Source of the DNA: a virus
Taxonomy: Duplodnaviria; Caudoviricetes
Length of the DNA: 51,532 bases
IMG/VR virus record: IMGVR_UViG_3300016474_000704
Span: 1-51,532 of that record
Reading direction: 5' to 3' (one strand)
Shown here: positions 37,185 through 47,465 of the stretch, piece after piece
Layout of the letters: each line of letters begins with the position of its first letter
Position numbering within the stretch: position 1 is the stretch's first letter
Position numbers and translations under genes: made by a program
The notes under the pieces: model-generated
Seen by the model: the letters and a program-made list of their open reading frames with translations, nothing else
The model's database searches: none
What the model was told of the DNA's origin: nothing

Positions 37185-37851
37185 ATTTTTTTATTATATA
37201 ATTAAATTCATTTTGTTGTCTTTCAGATGTAGCTAACGTATTGCTAACCTGATTTTCATGTTCTCTATTTACTACAGTAATATAATTACAAATAGTGGGT
37301 TCACCAAATTTATCATAAAGTCTTTTATAATAATCTACATCCATTAGCCAAATTAAGTTTTCATCAAATTTTAATATATCTTTGTTTTCAAACATTAACA
37401 CACTAGGAGAACTTATAGTGTTTTTTCCATATTGAATTTGATCATGATAGTGAGGATAAAAAGGTTTATATATTTCTTTTCCATCATAATGGCAACAAGC
37501 AGTGACTAACCATTTTCCTTTAAAACATTCTAATTGTTTTTCTAAACTATATTCATCATATAAAAAATCATCTTGGAATAAAATTTTAATAATTTCTCCA
37601 TTAGCATGCTTTATAGCGTTGTTTATATTCGCTGATGAGTTACCTTTATTATTGGGGTTTCTAAAATAATGAATAGTTAAAACAGATGACCATTTATCAC
37701 ATAAATCTTTTATTAAATCTGATTCACTATGGTCTGAAATTATTATTTCAAAATCTTTAAATGTTTGGTAGTACAAAATATTAAAAGAGTATTCTAGATA
37801 TTCAGCTCCTTTACCATTCATTTCATATGTTGGGGTACAAATAGATATCAT
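37168..37851 (-). CDS. GT2 glycosyltransferase
   Basis: ISICTPTY, FEIIISD, FQDD. Confidence 0.85.
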   Translation of the reverse strand: MISICTPTYEMNGKGAEYLEYSFNILYYQTFKDFEIIISDHSESDLIKDLCDKWSSVLTIHYFRNPNNKGNSSANINNAIKHANGEIIKILFQDDFLYDEYSLEKQLECFKGKWLVTACCHYDGKEIYKPFYPHYHDQIQYGKNTISSPSVLMFENKDILKFDENLIWLMDVDYYKRLYDKFGEPTICNYITVVNREHENQVSNTLATSERQQNEFNYIIKKYESIH

Positions 37852-38648
37852 ATATTATTAAGTTTAAGCATTTCATCTAACAAATCTTTTAATCTAGTAA
37901 AATATTCAGCGTAATATATAGCTGTTTGGTAATTTTTTTCAATATATTCTTTTTTAGACCAATAATCTTCTTCAGTTAAATTATTAACTATATTAAAAAA
38001 CTCTTCTTCAGTATCAAAAGTAAAAAATCCTCTAGCATCAAAAAATTCATTTATATTAGAACAACCCCAATATATGGGGATTGTTTTAGTAATAAAAGCA
38101 TCTATTAACTTTTCTGTGAAGAAATTTTTATTTTGGGAATTTTCTATAGCTAAATGAAACATTGAGGATTCAAAACATATATCTTTAGGACCATCATATA
38201 TATAATACCATTTTAAAGGTATATTTTTAATATTTTTTTGATTATTATATATACTATGTCTAAGGAAATGACCGTTGGTTAATTGTTTTTTTCCGCATAA
38301 AAAAGATAACTCAAATTTTTTTTCATTTGCAGCTAACTTTTCATATGATTTATTTTTATGTAAAAATGTTGTTCCAAATGGTAAAAGTAAAGCATTATCA
38401 CAATTATCTAAAATACTTTGCCCCCATGTTAATATACAACTAAACAAATGGCTATTCTGAATAGCCCAGTCATGTAAACCAAATAATTCGTTTGGTTCGT
38501 TTATTATTAAAAAATTGTAAGGATTTAAATTTAATTCATCAATTGATGGAGTATAATCATTAAATATACTTATAGGTTTATCTTCAAACTTACTAAGTAT
38601 AAATTTATTATACAATTCAATAGGCATAAAATTACTTTTTATTATCAT
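37848..38648 (-). CDS. GT10 (alpha-1,3/4-fucosyltransferase family) protein
   Basis: FHLAIENS, FTEKL, TIPIYWG. Confidence 0.85.
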   Translation of the reverse strand: MIIKSNFMPIELYNKFILSKFEDKPISIFNDYTPSIDELNLNPYNFLIINEPNELFGLHDWAIQNSHLFSCILTWGQSILDNCDNALLLPFGTTFLHKNKSYEKLAANEKKFELSFLCGKKQLTNGHFLRHSIYNNQKNIKNIPLKWYYIYDGPKDICFESSMFHLAIENSQNKNFFTEKLIDAFITKTIPIYWGCSNINEFFDARGFFTFDTEEEFFNIVNNLTEEDYWSKKEYIEKNYQTAIYYAEYFTRLKDLLDEMLKLNNI

Positions 38649-39445
38649 ATTACAATCCAGTTACTAGGGTATAAATCTGTTAATGGTTTTGATGGTATAA
38701 ACCAATTTGATGGTGCTATAATTTTTTTATTAGAGTTACTATTTAAATACGCTCCCCACCAACTAAAAGTGCTATTTGAAATTATATTATGTTCGCATAA
38801 AGACATTAAACATAAATCTTCAAACTGATTATTCCCCTCAACAAACACTACTCCATCTGGGAATATTTGTTTACACCATTCAATATCATCTGAAAAGATT
38901 AAAAATGTGTATTCTTGGTCTGTAAAGTGATTTAATGCATCTTGAATATACTCTGGAGTTATATTCCAGTATCCAGGATGTTTAATGTAGTCTCCTCTAC
39001 GAATATGGATAGAAACAGAATTAGAATATTTAGATATTTCTTTGGTGCATTTATCTAAAATAGAAGAATTAAAGGTAAAATCTTTTAAAATTTCGTGTTT
39101 AAATTCTTCAAAATACTTATAAGATTGAAAATATCCTTCTATAGCAGTATTATCAGAGATAGAAAACATTTTTGAGGAAAAAGTAAAATCCTGTTCATGA
39201 TACGTGTGGGGAAGAAAAATATCTAATAAAGGACAAGTGATATTAAACCCATCAAATAAATCTAATTTAAACTCTATCCATTTATTATTTGTAAAATCAA
39301 AACAACCATCTAATTTAGTTTGAATATTATTATTAGGAAGAAAAAATTCATAATTATTTTTTAGAGCGACTGCTTTTAAAGCAGAATATTGAAACATTTG
39401 ATTACCTAATTTACCACTATGTCCTATACTTTTATGAGTAATCAT
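38645..39445 (-). CDS. GT11 (alpha-1,2-fucosyl/colitosyltransferase family) protein
   Basis: GKLGNQMFQY, GYFQS, HIRRGDY, FSDDIEW, NSTFSWWGA. Confidence 0.92.
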   Translation of the reverse strand: MITHKSIGHSGKLGNQMFQYSALKAVALKNNYEFFLPNNNIQTKLDGCFDFTNNKWIEFKLDLFDGFNITCPLLDIFLPHTYHEQDFTFSSKMFSISDNTAIEGYFQSYKYFEEFKHEILKDFTFNSSILDKCTKEISKYSNSVSIHIRRGDYIKHPGYWNITPEYIQDALNHFTDQEYTFLIFSDDIEWCKQIFPDGVVFVEGNNQFEDLCLMSLCEHNIISNSTFSWWGAYLNSNSNKKIIAPSNWFIPSKPLTDLYPSNWIVI

Positions 39446-40416
39446 TTTTTATAATAATTTAACCAATATTCTACCATTTCATCTAACATTGACTCAAATG
39501 TATAATCATGAGCCCACCCTGTAGTATTAACTAATTTAGAACAATCTCCCTTTAAATGATGTAATTCTTCAGGTCTTAAAAACTTTTCATCTTGAGTTAC
39601 ATATTCTTTATAATCTAAATCTAATAATGAAAATACATAATCACAAAGTTCTCTTACAGAGTGGGATACACCTGTGGCACAAACAAAATCATCTGGTTTA
39701 TCTAATTGTAGTATTTCCCACATTGCTTTTACATAGTCTTTAGCATGGCCCCAATCTCTTGTTGCTTCTAAATTACCTAATTTTAACTCGTTTGATAAAC
39801 CAAGTTTAATTTTAACTGCTTCTTTACAAACTTTATTTGTTACAAAATTTGTTCCTCTTTTTGGTGATTCATGATTGAATAAAATACCATTTGAAACAAA
39901 CATATTGTAAGAATTTCTATAATTACAACAAATATTATAACTAAATACTTTAGCACATCCATAAGGAGATACAGGATTCATAGGAGTAGTTTCTCTTTGA
40001 TATCCATCTTTATCCACTGAGTTGCCAAACATTTCAGATGATGATGCTTGATATACTTTTGCATTAGGCTTAACTAAACGGATTGCTTCTAATAAATTTA
40101 ATGTACCTAATCCTGTTACATTAGCTGTATATATAGGTTGATCAAATGATATCCTAACATGAGATTGAGCTGCTAAATTATAAATTTCATCTGGTTGGGT
40201 TTGTTGTATTACTTGAATTAAAGAAGCCATATCTGTTAAATCAGCATAATATAATTTGATTTTATCAAATATATCTTCCAGACGAGAGGTTTGGTTTTCA
40301 GCTACTGAATTTCTTTTTAAGGTGCCATATACTTCATATCCTTTTTCTAATAGAAGTTCAGCTAAGTAACTACCATCTTGCCCATTTATTCCTGTTATTA
40401 GAGCTTTTTTACTCAT
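39442..40416 (-). CDS. gmd: GDP-mannose 4,6-dehydratase
   Basis: GINGQDGSYL, LAAQSHV, ASSSE, YGCAK, FNHESP, RDWGHA. Confidence 0.96.
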   Translation of the reverse strand: MSKKALITGINGQDGSYLAELLLEKGYEVYGTLKRNSVAENQTSRLEDIFDKIKLYYADLTDMASLIQVIQQTQPDEIYNLAAQSHVRISFDQPIYTANVTGLGTLNLLEAIRLVKPNAKVYQASSSEMFGNSVDKDGYQRETTPMNPVSPYGCAKVFSYNICCNYRNSYNMFVSNGILFNHESPKRGTNFVTNKVCKEAVKIKLGLSNELKLGNLEATRDWGHAKDYVKAMWEILQLDKPDDFVCATGVSHSVRELCDYVFSLLDLDYKEYVTQDEKFLRPEELHHLKGDCSKLVNTTGWAHDYTFESMLDEMVEYWLNYYKK

Positions 40417-41560
40417 TATTGACAATTTTAATTATTTTATCAAGTTGTTTTACTGTTAAATCTTGATGGTTAGGAATATAAAAACCATATTTATCTATTA
40501 AATTGCAATTTTCCATATGTACTTCTTCAAAGTTTTCATACCAAAACGGTTTATTACCTAAATTACCAGCAATTAAAGGCCTACATTCTATGTTGTTTTC
40601 TATTAAATTCTTAACTATTATTTTTTTATTTTTACTTACAATAGGCATAGCAAAATTAGATATAAAATCATTAGAACTAATTTGAATATTTAACTCATTG
40701 TTTTTTATATTATTTAAATAATAATGAAAATTCTCATTCCTGATATTAGCATATTTATCTAATTTATCTATAGCTCTTAAACCTATAAATGCTTGCAAAT
40801 CAGTAGATCTTACATTAAATCCAGGGATGTAAAAATTATATAAAGCTTCAAAGTCATCAACATTATATTTAATTTTATATTCATTTTGTTTTTCTATAGG
40901 TAAATCTCTAGTCCACCCATGACTTCGCATCATTAATAAAGTATAGTATAATTCTTCATCATCTGTGTTAATAAATCCTCCTTCAATTGTGCTTAAATGG
41001 TGACCAAAATACATTGAAAAAAATGAAGCTAACCCAAATGTTCCTAAATATTTTTCTTTATATTTTGAGCCCATACTTTCACAAACATCTTCTAAAAGTA
41101 TAACATTGTATTTATCACACAATTCTATAATTTTATTCATATCAGGAACTAATCCTAAAACAGATACTAAGATAAGGGCTGAAGGATTTTCTTGTTTAAA
41201 TATTTTTTCTAGGTGTTCTAGATCACAAGATAAATCATTTAGATTGCAATCACACAATATTGGTTCCAATCCTAATAATACAGGAGAAGATAAATCAGTA
41301 GCCCAACTTAATGATGGAACTACTACTTTAAGATTTTTTAATTTGTTTTTATATTTTAATGCTGCTAATGTTAATAAAATAGAAGAAGATCCTGAATTGA
41401 CAAATACTGAATATTTGGTTCCTATTTTGTTAGCCCATTTTTTCTCTAGTTCTATTGTTAAATTCCCTTTGGTTAATTTAGGGATTTCATCTTGTGAAAG
41501 CCATTTTATTAAGGCATTGATGTCATTTTTATCAATAGTATCACTAACTAATTTAATCAT
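40409..41560 (-). CDS. colD: DegT-family PLP enzyme, ColD-like GDP-4-keto-6-deoxymannose 3-dehydratase
   Basis: EDVCES; SMYFGHHLSTIEGG with His in place of the Schiff-base Lys; RSHGWTR; PGFNVR; IECRP. Confidence 0.75.
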   Translation of the reverse strand: MIKLVSDTIDKNDINALIKWLSQDEIPKLTKGNLTIELEKKWANKIGTKYSVFVNSGSSSILLTLAALKYKNKLKNLKVVVPSLSWATDLSSPVLLGLEPILCDCNLNDLSCDLEHLEKIFKQENPSALILVSVLGLVPDMNKIIELCDKYNVILLEDVCESMGSKYKEKYLGTFGLASFFSMYFGHHLSTIEGGFINTDDEELYYTLLMMRSHGWTRDLPIEKQNEYKIKYNVDDFEALYNFYIPGFNVRSTDLQAFIGLRAIDKLDKYANIRNENFHYYLNNIKNNELNIQISSNDFISNFAMPIVSKNKKIIVKNLIENNIECRPLIAGNLGNKPFWYENFEEVHMENCNLIDKYGFYIPNHQDLTVKQLDKIIKIVNNE

Positions 41561-42465
41561 ATTACATTATTTTCAATTAAATAACTGTATGTTTTTTTAA
41601 TACCATTATATAAATTAATAGGGTTAAATGATGGTATTTTTTCTTTTAATAAATCAACAGATACATCTTTTCTATACTGGCCGTTTGGTTTTGTTGTATC
41701 ATATTCTATTTTTATATGTTCCGCGTCACAAGCTTTAAGTGCAATTTGAGCCATTTCTGTTATTGATAAATTTTCACTTATGGCTACATTCATATTATCA
41801 TAAATGTTGTTGTCTAAACAATATTTAATAACATAAGCTAAATCATCAGAATGTATAAATTGTCTTAAAGGAGTTCCATCTCCAAATAATATTATTTTAT
41901 TATGGTTATTTATTTTAGCGTTATGAATTTTTTTAATTAATGCCGCTACAAAATGACTATTATCCCCATATTTATCATATTCCCCATATAGATTACATGG
42001 GATTAAATACTGATATTTAGTATTATACTGTTGGTTATAAGCATCTATTTGTACTGCTAATGATCGTTTAGCATACCCGTATGAAAAATTAGTTTTAGTA
42101 GGAGGACCTAAATGCAGATCACTTTCTATCATAGGATAATTTTTTACTTCATTTGGATAAACACAAGTGCTAAGAATTCCTATAAATCTAGTTACACCAT
42201 ACTTTAAAGAATATTTAAGCAACAAAGTGTTCATCAAAATATTATCATCAAAGTATTCTGCTGGTTTGGCTATATTATCAGTTATTCCTCCTACTTTAGC
42301 TGCTAAATGAATAACAACATTTGGTTTAAGAGTTTCAAACATTTTATTTACATCATACTCCGATGTTAGATTATAATCTTTAGAAGACACATACATTGCA
42401 TTTGGAAGGTATTGTTTTAAAGATCTTCCAACCATACCACTTCCTCCTGTGATTAATATTCTCAT
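41557..42465 (-). CDS. fcl: GDP-L-fucose/colitose synthase (Fcl/ColC family)
   Basis: GGSGMVG, LAAKVGG, STCVYP, YGYAK, NLYG, SH, GDGTPLRQF. Confidence 0.9.
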   Translation of the reverse strand: MRILITGGSGMVGRSLKQYLPNAMYVSSKDYNLTSEYDVNKMFETLKPNVVIHLAAKVGGITDNIAKPAEYFDDNILMNTLLLKYSLKYGVTRFIGILSTCVYPNEVKNYPMIESDLHLGPPTKTNFSYGYAKRSLAVQIDAYNQQYNTKYQYLIPCNLYGEYDKYGDNSHFVAALIKKIHNAKINNHNKIILFGDGTPLRQFIHSDDLAYVIKYCLDNNIYDNMNVAISENLSITEMAQIALKACDAEHIKIEYDTTKPNGQYRKDVSVDLLKEKIPSFNPINLYNGIKKTYSYLIENNVI

Positions 42466-43079
42466 AACCTACTATAAAGATTGTTTTGTTGTTCCTGACG
42501 CTCTATTGTTTTAGGATGATATAAAGCGTACTCTTCTATTTCTGGTAAAGCAGAATATGTTTTAAAGCCATCTAAAACTTCATGAACTTTGTTTTTCCAT
42601 CTAATATCAGGAGTATTTTTATAGATTCTCCATTGGTGATCAGGCCATTGTATCCACCCTTTATCATTTTGTTTCCAACCCCAAGCTTGAATATGTTGAG
42701 GAGTTATACCTTGAACTGTATTTATTCTAGGAACTAAAATAACATCTACATTGTTTTCTAATACAGCTGGTAGATTTTCTATTAGATTATCATTAGGAAT
42801 CTCATCAGCATCAATTTGGAAAATATAACTACCTGAACATATATCCATTAATTGATTTTTCCAATCAGCAAAATGTCCTTTAAATTCACCTTCTTTTAAA
42901 ATAATCCATCTGGTGGTTTCATATTTATAAAGTTCAAAAAGCAATTCTTTAGATGCTTTAGGTTTATCTACTAAAACACAAATTTCATCCTCTTGTCTTT
43001 TATTTACATATAGAAACTCAATAAGACGTTTAACTTCTTCCAGTTCATTACAAACTGTAATTGCATAACTGATTTTCAT
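42462..43079 (-). CDS. GT2 glycosyltransferase
   Basis: ISYAITVCNE, IDADE, VHE. Confidence 0.85.
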   Translation of the reverse strand: MKISYAITVCNELEEVKRLIEFLYVNKRQEDEICVLVDKPKASKELLFELYKYETTRWIILKEGEFKGHFADWKNQLMDICSGSYIFQIDADEIPNDNLIENLPAVLENNVDVILVPRINTVQGITPQHIQAWGWKQNDKGWIQWPDHQWRIYKNTPDIRWKNKVHEVLDGFKTYSALPEIEEYALYHPKTIERQEQQNNLYSRL

Positions 43080-43085
43080 ATAATC

Positions 43086-43116
43086 CTAATATAATAAATT
43101 ATCCTAATAGGCCAAC
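43086..43116 (-). promoter_or_regulatory. Promoter-like element at the head of the sugar cassette
   Basis: GTTG-N19-TATATTAG. Confidence 0.55.
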
Positions 43117-43560
43117 ATATTCTAAAGCATCAATAAATTCTCTTTCTTCAAAGTGTTGAAGTGTATCCATATTCATTCTATATTCATAGAATTTACCTGG
43201 TTGTTTTGGGATTGGGTATTTTTCTTTTTCCTCCTCAGTTACCTTAGTCGCTTTAACAGCTGCCCATTTCCACTCATTAGCATTAGTACCATTTGCAAAT
43301 ATCATACCTTGTGTTGGATGATTGATTGTTTGCGGTAACCAAGTTAAATTAGTGTTAGGGTCTTTCCAAGCTAATGCTTTATACAACTCAGGTAATACCT
43401 CCATTTGTTCATTATAGAAATCACTTCCTTCTGTCATTAAACTATTAGTCCAATAACCACAAGACAAAGACATCCAGTTTGTAATTTCAGGTGTAACTTG
43501 TGTTTCATAACACAAGTCACCTCCTGATTTAGGGCAAGTTATAATTTTATCCGGCGACAT
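43099..43560 (-). CDS. Hypothetical protein in glycosylation cluster
   Basis: 153-aa ORF with CP..C..CG. Confidence 0.7.
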   Translation of the reverse strand: MSPDKIITCPKSGGDLCYETQVTPEITNWMSLSCGYWTNSLMTEGSDFYNEQMEVLPELYKALAWKDPNTNLTWLPQTINHPTQGMIFANGTNANEWKWAAVKATKVTEEEKEKYPIPKQPGKFYEYRMNMDTLQHFEEREFIDALEYVGLLG

Positions 43561-44857
43561 TTTCTTCTGTTTTTTTAAGTTTTGGTAATTCGATTTTCTT
43601 TAATTGGGGTAATTTTAACTCAATTGCTTTTGGAAACTCAGGAATATATTGGTCAAATAATTGACTTACTTTATCCTTCATTTTATCCCAACTAAATTCA
43701 TTTTTGCTCTTATATGCTTGACGTTTAGCACCATCAGTATATGTTTTATAGTTTTCAAACATATTCTTCAAATGATGTCCTACATGTCCTGTGTCTACAT
43801 TAAACCATTGTGATTCTTTTAACAGCCAGTTATTAGCAGCACTTGGATGAACATTAGCCATAACGCCTGGGAGCATAGTGGTGAATTTTTCGTCTAGAAA
43901 ATCTTTATGGCCACTCCAATTGGTTGTGATAATTGGTTTTTTAGTTAAACTAAATTCAAGTAACGGACGACCAAAACCTTCACCTTTAGTTAAATTAATC
44001 ATTGCTTTAATTTTAGAATGATTATATAATTCATTCATTTCATAATCACTAAATTCACCATGCAGCAAATAAACATTAGGTAAATCTTTTGAGTTAACTG
44101 TTTTTTTAATTAAGTTAATTCGTTTTAAAATTTCATCTCGATCAAGATATGAAGAACCTACTTGAGATGTTTTTAAAACAAGTGCTGGTTTTTGTTTTTT
44201 ATTTTTAAATGTTTCATAAAACGCTTTAACTAATAAACCAACATTTTTTCTATCCTCACCTAAATCACCATTAATCCAATGGCCTACAAATAAGTAACAG
44301 AATTTTTCTTTAATATCATTTAATTCAGGAAATGATTCAATAGTATCAAGTGGTTTATATATATCAGTATTAGCACCTTCAAACAATACTTCAATTGGTT
44401 TTTCAACTTTAGCTTCTCCTATAGGTTGATTAGTACGTTGATCTACTTTTTGAAGTACAGTATCAAGAAATGTTTTCTTTGAATGCTCAGAAGAAGTTAA
44501 AGTTAAATCCATTCTATTAATACCTTCAATCCAATCACCAGGTGAGAGTGTTGTTTCAATACCTGCTGTTACTCCAATATTAAATTTACCAATAGGCTGG
44601 AATTCACTTGGGATTGTGATTTGCATCCATACTTCAGGCTGTTTTGGGAGTTGTGGTTGTGCCCATAAATGTGGTGTCAAAAATGACCATTCAGGATTGT
44701 CTTCAATAAAACCCCAAGGTGTATTACCCCACATTTGAGGAATAATTTTAACATCATATTTGTCTGTCTCAATGATTGCTTTAACTAAATCTCGAGAACG
44801 CGCTCCGTATCCACTATATGTGTCAATCGGACAGCTAATAAAAAATAATGGTTTCAT
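43547..44857 (-). CDS. GT4-like glycosyltransferase
   Basis: SGYG, RKN, GEGFGRPLLE. Confidence 0.85.
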   Translation of the reverse strand: MKPLFFISCPIDTYSGYGARSRDLVKAIIETDKYDVKIIPQMWGNTPWGFIEDNPEWSFLTPHLWAQPQLPKQPEVWMQITIPSEFQPIGKFNIGVTAGIETTLSPGDWIEGINRMDLTLTSSEHSKKTFLDTVLQKVDQRTNQPIGEAKVEKPIEVLFEGANTDIYKPLDTIESFPELNDIKEKFCYLFVGHWINGDLGEDRKNVGLLVKAFYETFKNKKQKPALVLKTSQVGSSYLDRDEILKRINLIKKTVNSKDLPNVYLLHGEFSDYEMNELYNHSKIKAMINLTKGEGFGRPLLEFSLTKKPIITTNWSGHKDFLDEKFTTMLPGVMANVHPSAANNWLLKESQWFNVDTGHVGHHLKNMFENYKTYTDGAKRQAYKSKNEFSWDKMKDKVSQLFDQYIPEFPKAIELKLPQLKKIELPKLKKTEENVAG

Positions 44858-44871
44858 ATAACTTTTTGGTA

Positions 44872-46305
44872 TTAATAAACTAATTCGTGAGGTACTGTTT
44901 TAGGTTTAATTTCGTTAGCGTTTACTAACTCATATTTTTCTCTTGGTTTCCAAGTTACAAACAATTTATCTAAAGTAGTGATTACTTTTTTACCCATATT
45001 TGAAGCTGTAAATCCTGCTTCACCTGATAAAGCCCACTCACGACCTTTTAAGCCTCGAGCTTTTCTTTCTTCTTTAGACAAATCATAAACAACTTTAATT
45101 TGTTCAGCTGCGTCTTCAGCGTTACATCTGTCATCCCAAATATAAGGTGTTAATGGTGAACCTTGAATTGAGCGGTTAGTTGGGTAAACTGGAAACGCCC
45201 ATTCGCCATGTTCTTTAATTGTGCCTGTATGGTTTGAAGGGAACTTAGCATCAAAATCAATCCATTTACCTTTTTTACTAAAACGCATTTGATCTTGCAT
45301 CCCACCAGTAACATTAGCAATCAATGGGTTTCCTACTAATAATGCTTCAGTTAAACTTAATCCCCAACCTTCATTGTTAGTTAATAGGATCTGGCAGTCA
45401 GTGCTGTTATAGAGTAAGTTCATTTGGTCGGGTGGAAGCATATGTTGTGAGAAAACAATATTATATTTTGGATCATCACCAAATAATAATTCTCTTACTG
45501 CTTCTAAATCAGTACCATTATCATCTACTACTTGAGTATGTAATACAAAAGCACAACGTTTTGCTTGTTCTTCAGATAATCCATCAACAAATAGCTTATA
45601 GGCCATCATTGTATCTGGGATTTGTTTTCTGCGAATGTTTCGAGAGTTAAAGAATAAGGCGAAATCAATTTCTTTGCCTCCAAATAACTTCTTTTTAAAT
45701 TCCTTTAATTCAGGAGTATTATCAAGTGGTTTAAAAATATTTTCATTTAAACCATGAGGTACATACTCAATAATTTTATTTTTAGCTTTATCACCTAATA
45801 CTAAAGTATTAATATTTTTAGTTTGTTTAGAGATAGCTAACAAAGCATCACATGATTCATAATATGATCTATTATACATTGGAGCTGGATAGTCATCCCA
45901 AATGTTAAGATAAATGATAGGCATTTTCTTTCTAATCTCGTTTTCAATTTGGAATAACCAAATAAAATATCTTGGATCAGTAATTAAGAAAATAGCATCT
46001 GGTTTTTCAACTTGAATCAGATGTCTAATTAGCCTAGCATCTCCATATCCGTTAGTTGGGTATAAGATAACTGAACTATCAGTCAAACCAGTATTATTAT
46101 TGGTATCAATTGATAAGTCCATACGTTTACCAGCTTCAGGATGATTAATGGCGCCCCCCACATTAATCCAATTAAAGTGTTGGGCTGTGTTTAATACTAA
46201 TTCGCGAGCAACAGTAGCAACACCTGAGTGTACTCTAATGTCATCACAAATCAAAAGTATTTTTTTCCTCTCATTTTGAGGAAGATAAGCAAAACTTTGA
46301 TTCAT
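44872..46305 (-). CDS. GT4-like glycosyltransferase
   Basis: HSGVA, VPHG, RNIRRK, EGWGLSLTEA. Confidence 0.85.
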   Translation of the reverse strand: MNQSFAYLPQNERKKILLICDDIRVHSGVATVARELVLNTAQHFNWINVGGAINHPEAGKRMDLSIDTNNNTGLTDSSVILYPTNGYGDARLIRHLIQVEKPDAIFLITDPRYFIWLFQIENEIRKKMPIIYLNIWDDYPAPMYNRSYYESCDALLAISKQTKNINTLVLGDKAKNKIIEYVPHGLNENIFKPLDNTPELKEFKKKLFGGKEIDFALFFNSRNIRRKQIPDTMMAYKLFVDGLSEEQAKRCAFVLHTQVVDDNGTDLEAVRELLFGDDPKYNIVFSQHMLPPDQMNLLYNSTDCQILLTNNEGWGLSLTEALLVGNPLIANVTGGMQDQMRFSKKGKWIDFDAKFPSNHTGTIKEHGEWAFPVYPTNRSIQGSPLTPYIWDDRCNAEDAAEQIKVVYDLSKEERKARGLKGREWALSGEAGFTASNMGKKVITTLDKLFVTWKPREKYELVNANEIKPKTVPHELVY

Positions 46306-46313
46306 AAAACTTT

Positions 46314-46499
46314 TTATCGATTTAAATTATTGTGATTGTGAATTGATTTTCTAAATTCATCTGATGTAAGATATAAATGGACTGCTCTATCTACAAGCTT
46401 TTGTAAAGAAAATTTTCGCTTAACACATTCTAATTTGAAATCTTCAAACAAGTCGCTTTGAACTTTAACGCTTGTTAGTGTCATATCCTTTTTATCCAT
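46314..46499 (-). CDS. Ribbon-helix-helix-like DNA-binding protein
   Basis: LTSVKV strand plus two helices; ATATTTATA at 46513-46521. Confidence 0.65.
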   Translation of the reverse strand: MDKKDMTLTSVKVQSDLFEDFKLECVKRKFSLQKLVDRAVHLYLTSDEFRKSIHNHNNLNR

Positions 46500-46532
46500 A
46501 ACATTATTTATATATAAATATATACAAAAACA

Positions 46533-47465
46533 CTATTTGTTACAAAGATCTTTCCTTTCATTGAAAGGACACCATTGGCAGTTTTTGCTTGGTGTTGCAA
46601 GATGCGGCGTGTCTTTGTATGTTCCGTCTATATTAAAGCATTCGTTTATAAAGTCATTTATAGCAGTTAATGCTTTTTTCATTTTAATTTTACCACTTGG
46701 AGGAGCAAATTCTTGAACTCGACTTTGAGGATATTCACTTTCCTCCCATATTTTTCTTTTTAAGATAATAAACTCAACATCAATGCTGTCTTCAGGAACA
46801 TTATACTGTTCACTGAAGTATTTTTTATAGAATAACAATTGGAATTGTTTGCGTTCATCTTTTTTAGCATCTTCATTCCATCCTCGAGTTGATGTTTTAA
46901 AGTCGTATATTTTAAATGTATTTGTAGGTTCATGATACATTACCATATCAATATAACCCTTGTATAAAACGTTTTTAAACGCGTTATTAGGCGTTATAAC
47001 AATAGGTAACTCACAAGCAACCAAATACCATCCACGTTTACTAAAATAATTACCTCGTTTTTTCTTAAAGTAATTTAAAATAGCTATACCATCATCAAAA
47101 AACTCTCTCATTTCAACCGCATTAGTGAAGTGAGTGTCTTTATTTGCTTTGTATTCTTCTAGGTATGTTTTTCTAAATTCGTCTTCAAAAAATGTTTCTA
47201 GATCAAATCTATCAGCTGCGGCGGCACTTTCATTATATGCTAAAGTGAGATAATGCTGAATGGTACTATGCATAGCGGTTCCGAAAACAGTATGAATAGT
47301 AGATGAATATTGTTGTAATCCATCTTTGTATTGTAGTTCCCATTTATGAGGACATTCATGATAGATAGAAAACTGGCTGTAAGAAATTGTTTTGTGGAAT
47401 GCATAATTGATTTCTTGTATTGGCTGTTTTTGAATAGCCTTTACTATGGATGGTAATTTACTCAA
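46533..47465 (-). CDS. PD-(D/E)XK Cas4/AddB-like exonuclease
   Basis: CP, GTAMH, GYID, DFKT, QL..Y, CQWC...C. Confidence 0.85.
   Translation of the reverse strand: MSKLPSIVKAIQKQPIQEINYAFHKTISYSQFSIYHECPHKWELQYKDGLQQYSSTIHTVFGTAMHSTIQHYLTLAYNESAAAADRFDLETFFEDEFRKTYLEEYKANKDTHFTNAVEMREFFDDGIAILNYFKKKRGNYFSKRGWYLVACELPIVITPNNAFKNVLYKGYIDMVMYHEPTNTFKIYDFKTSTRGWNEDAKKDERKQFQLLFYKKYFSEQYNVPEDSIDVEFIILKRKIWEESEYPQSRVQEFAPPSGKIKMKKALTAINDFINECFNIDGTYKDTPHLATPSKNCQWCPFNERKDLCNK

Noticed and set aside
31746-46305. Bacterial O-antigen locus from host contamination
   Set aside because: No flippase, polymerase or priming transferase; flanked without a break by phage genes and phage promoter motifs.
46533-47465. 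Cas4 as part of a CRISPR system
   Set aside because: A stand-alone Cas4-like nuclease among replication genes is common in phages; there is no array or other cas gene.
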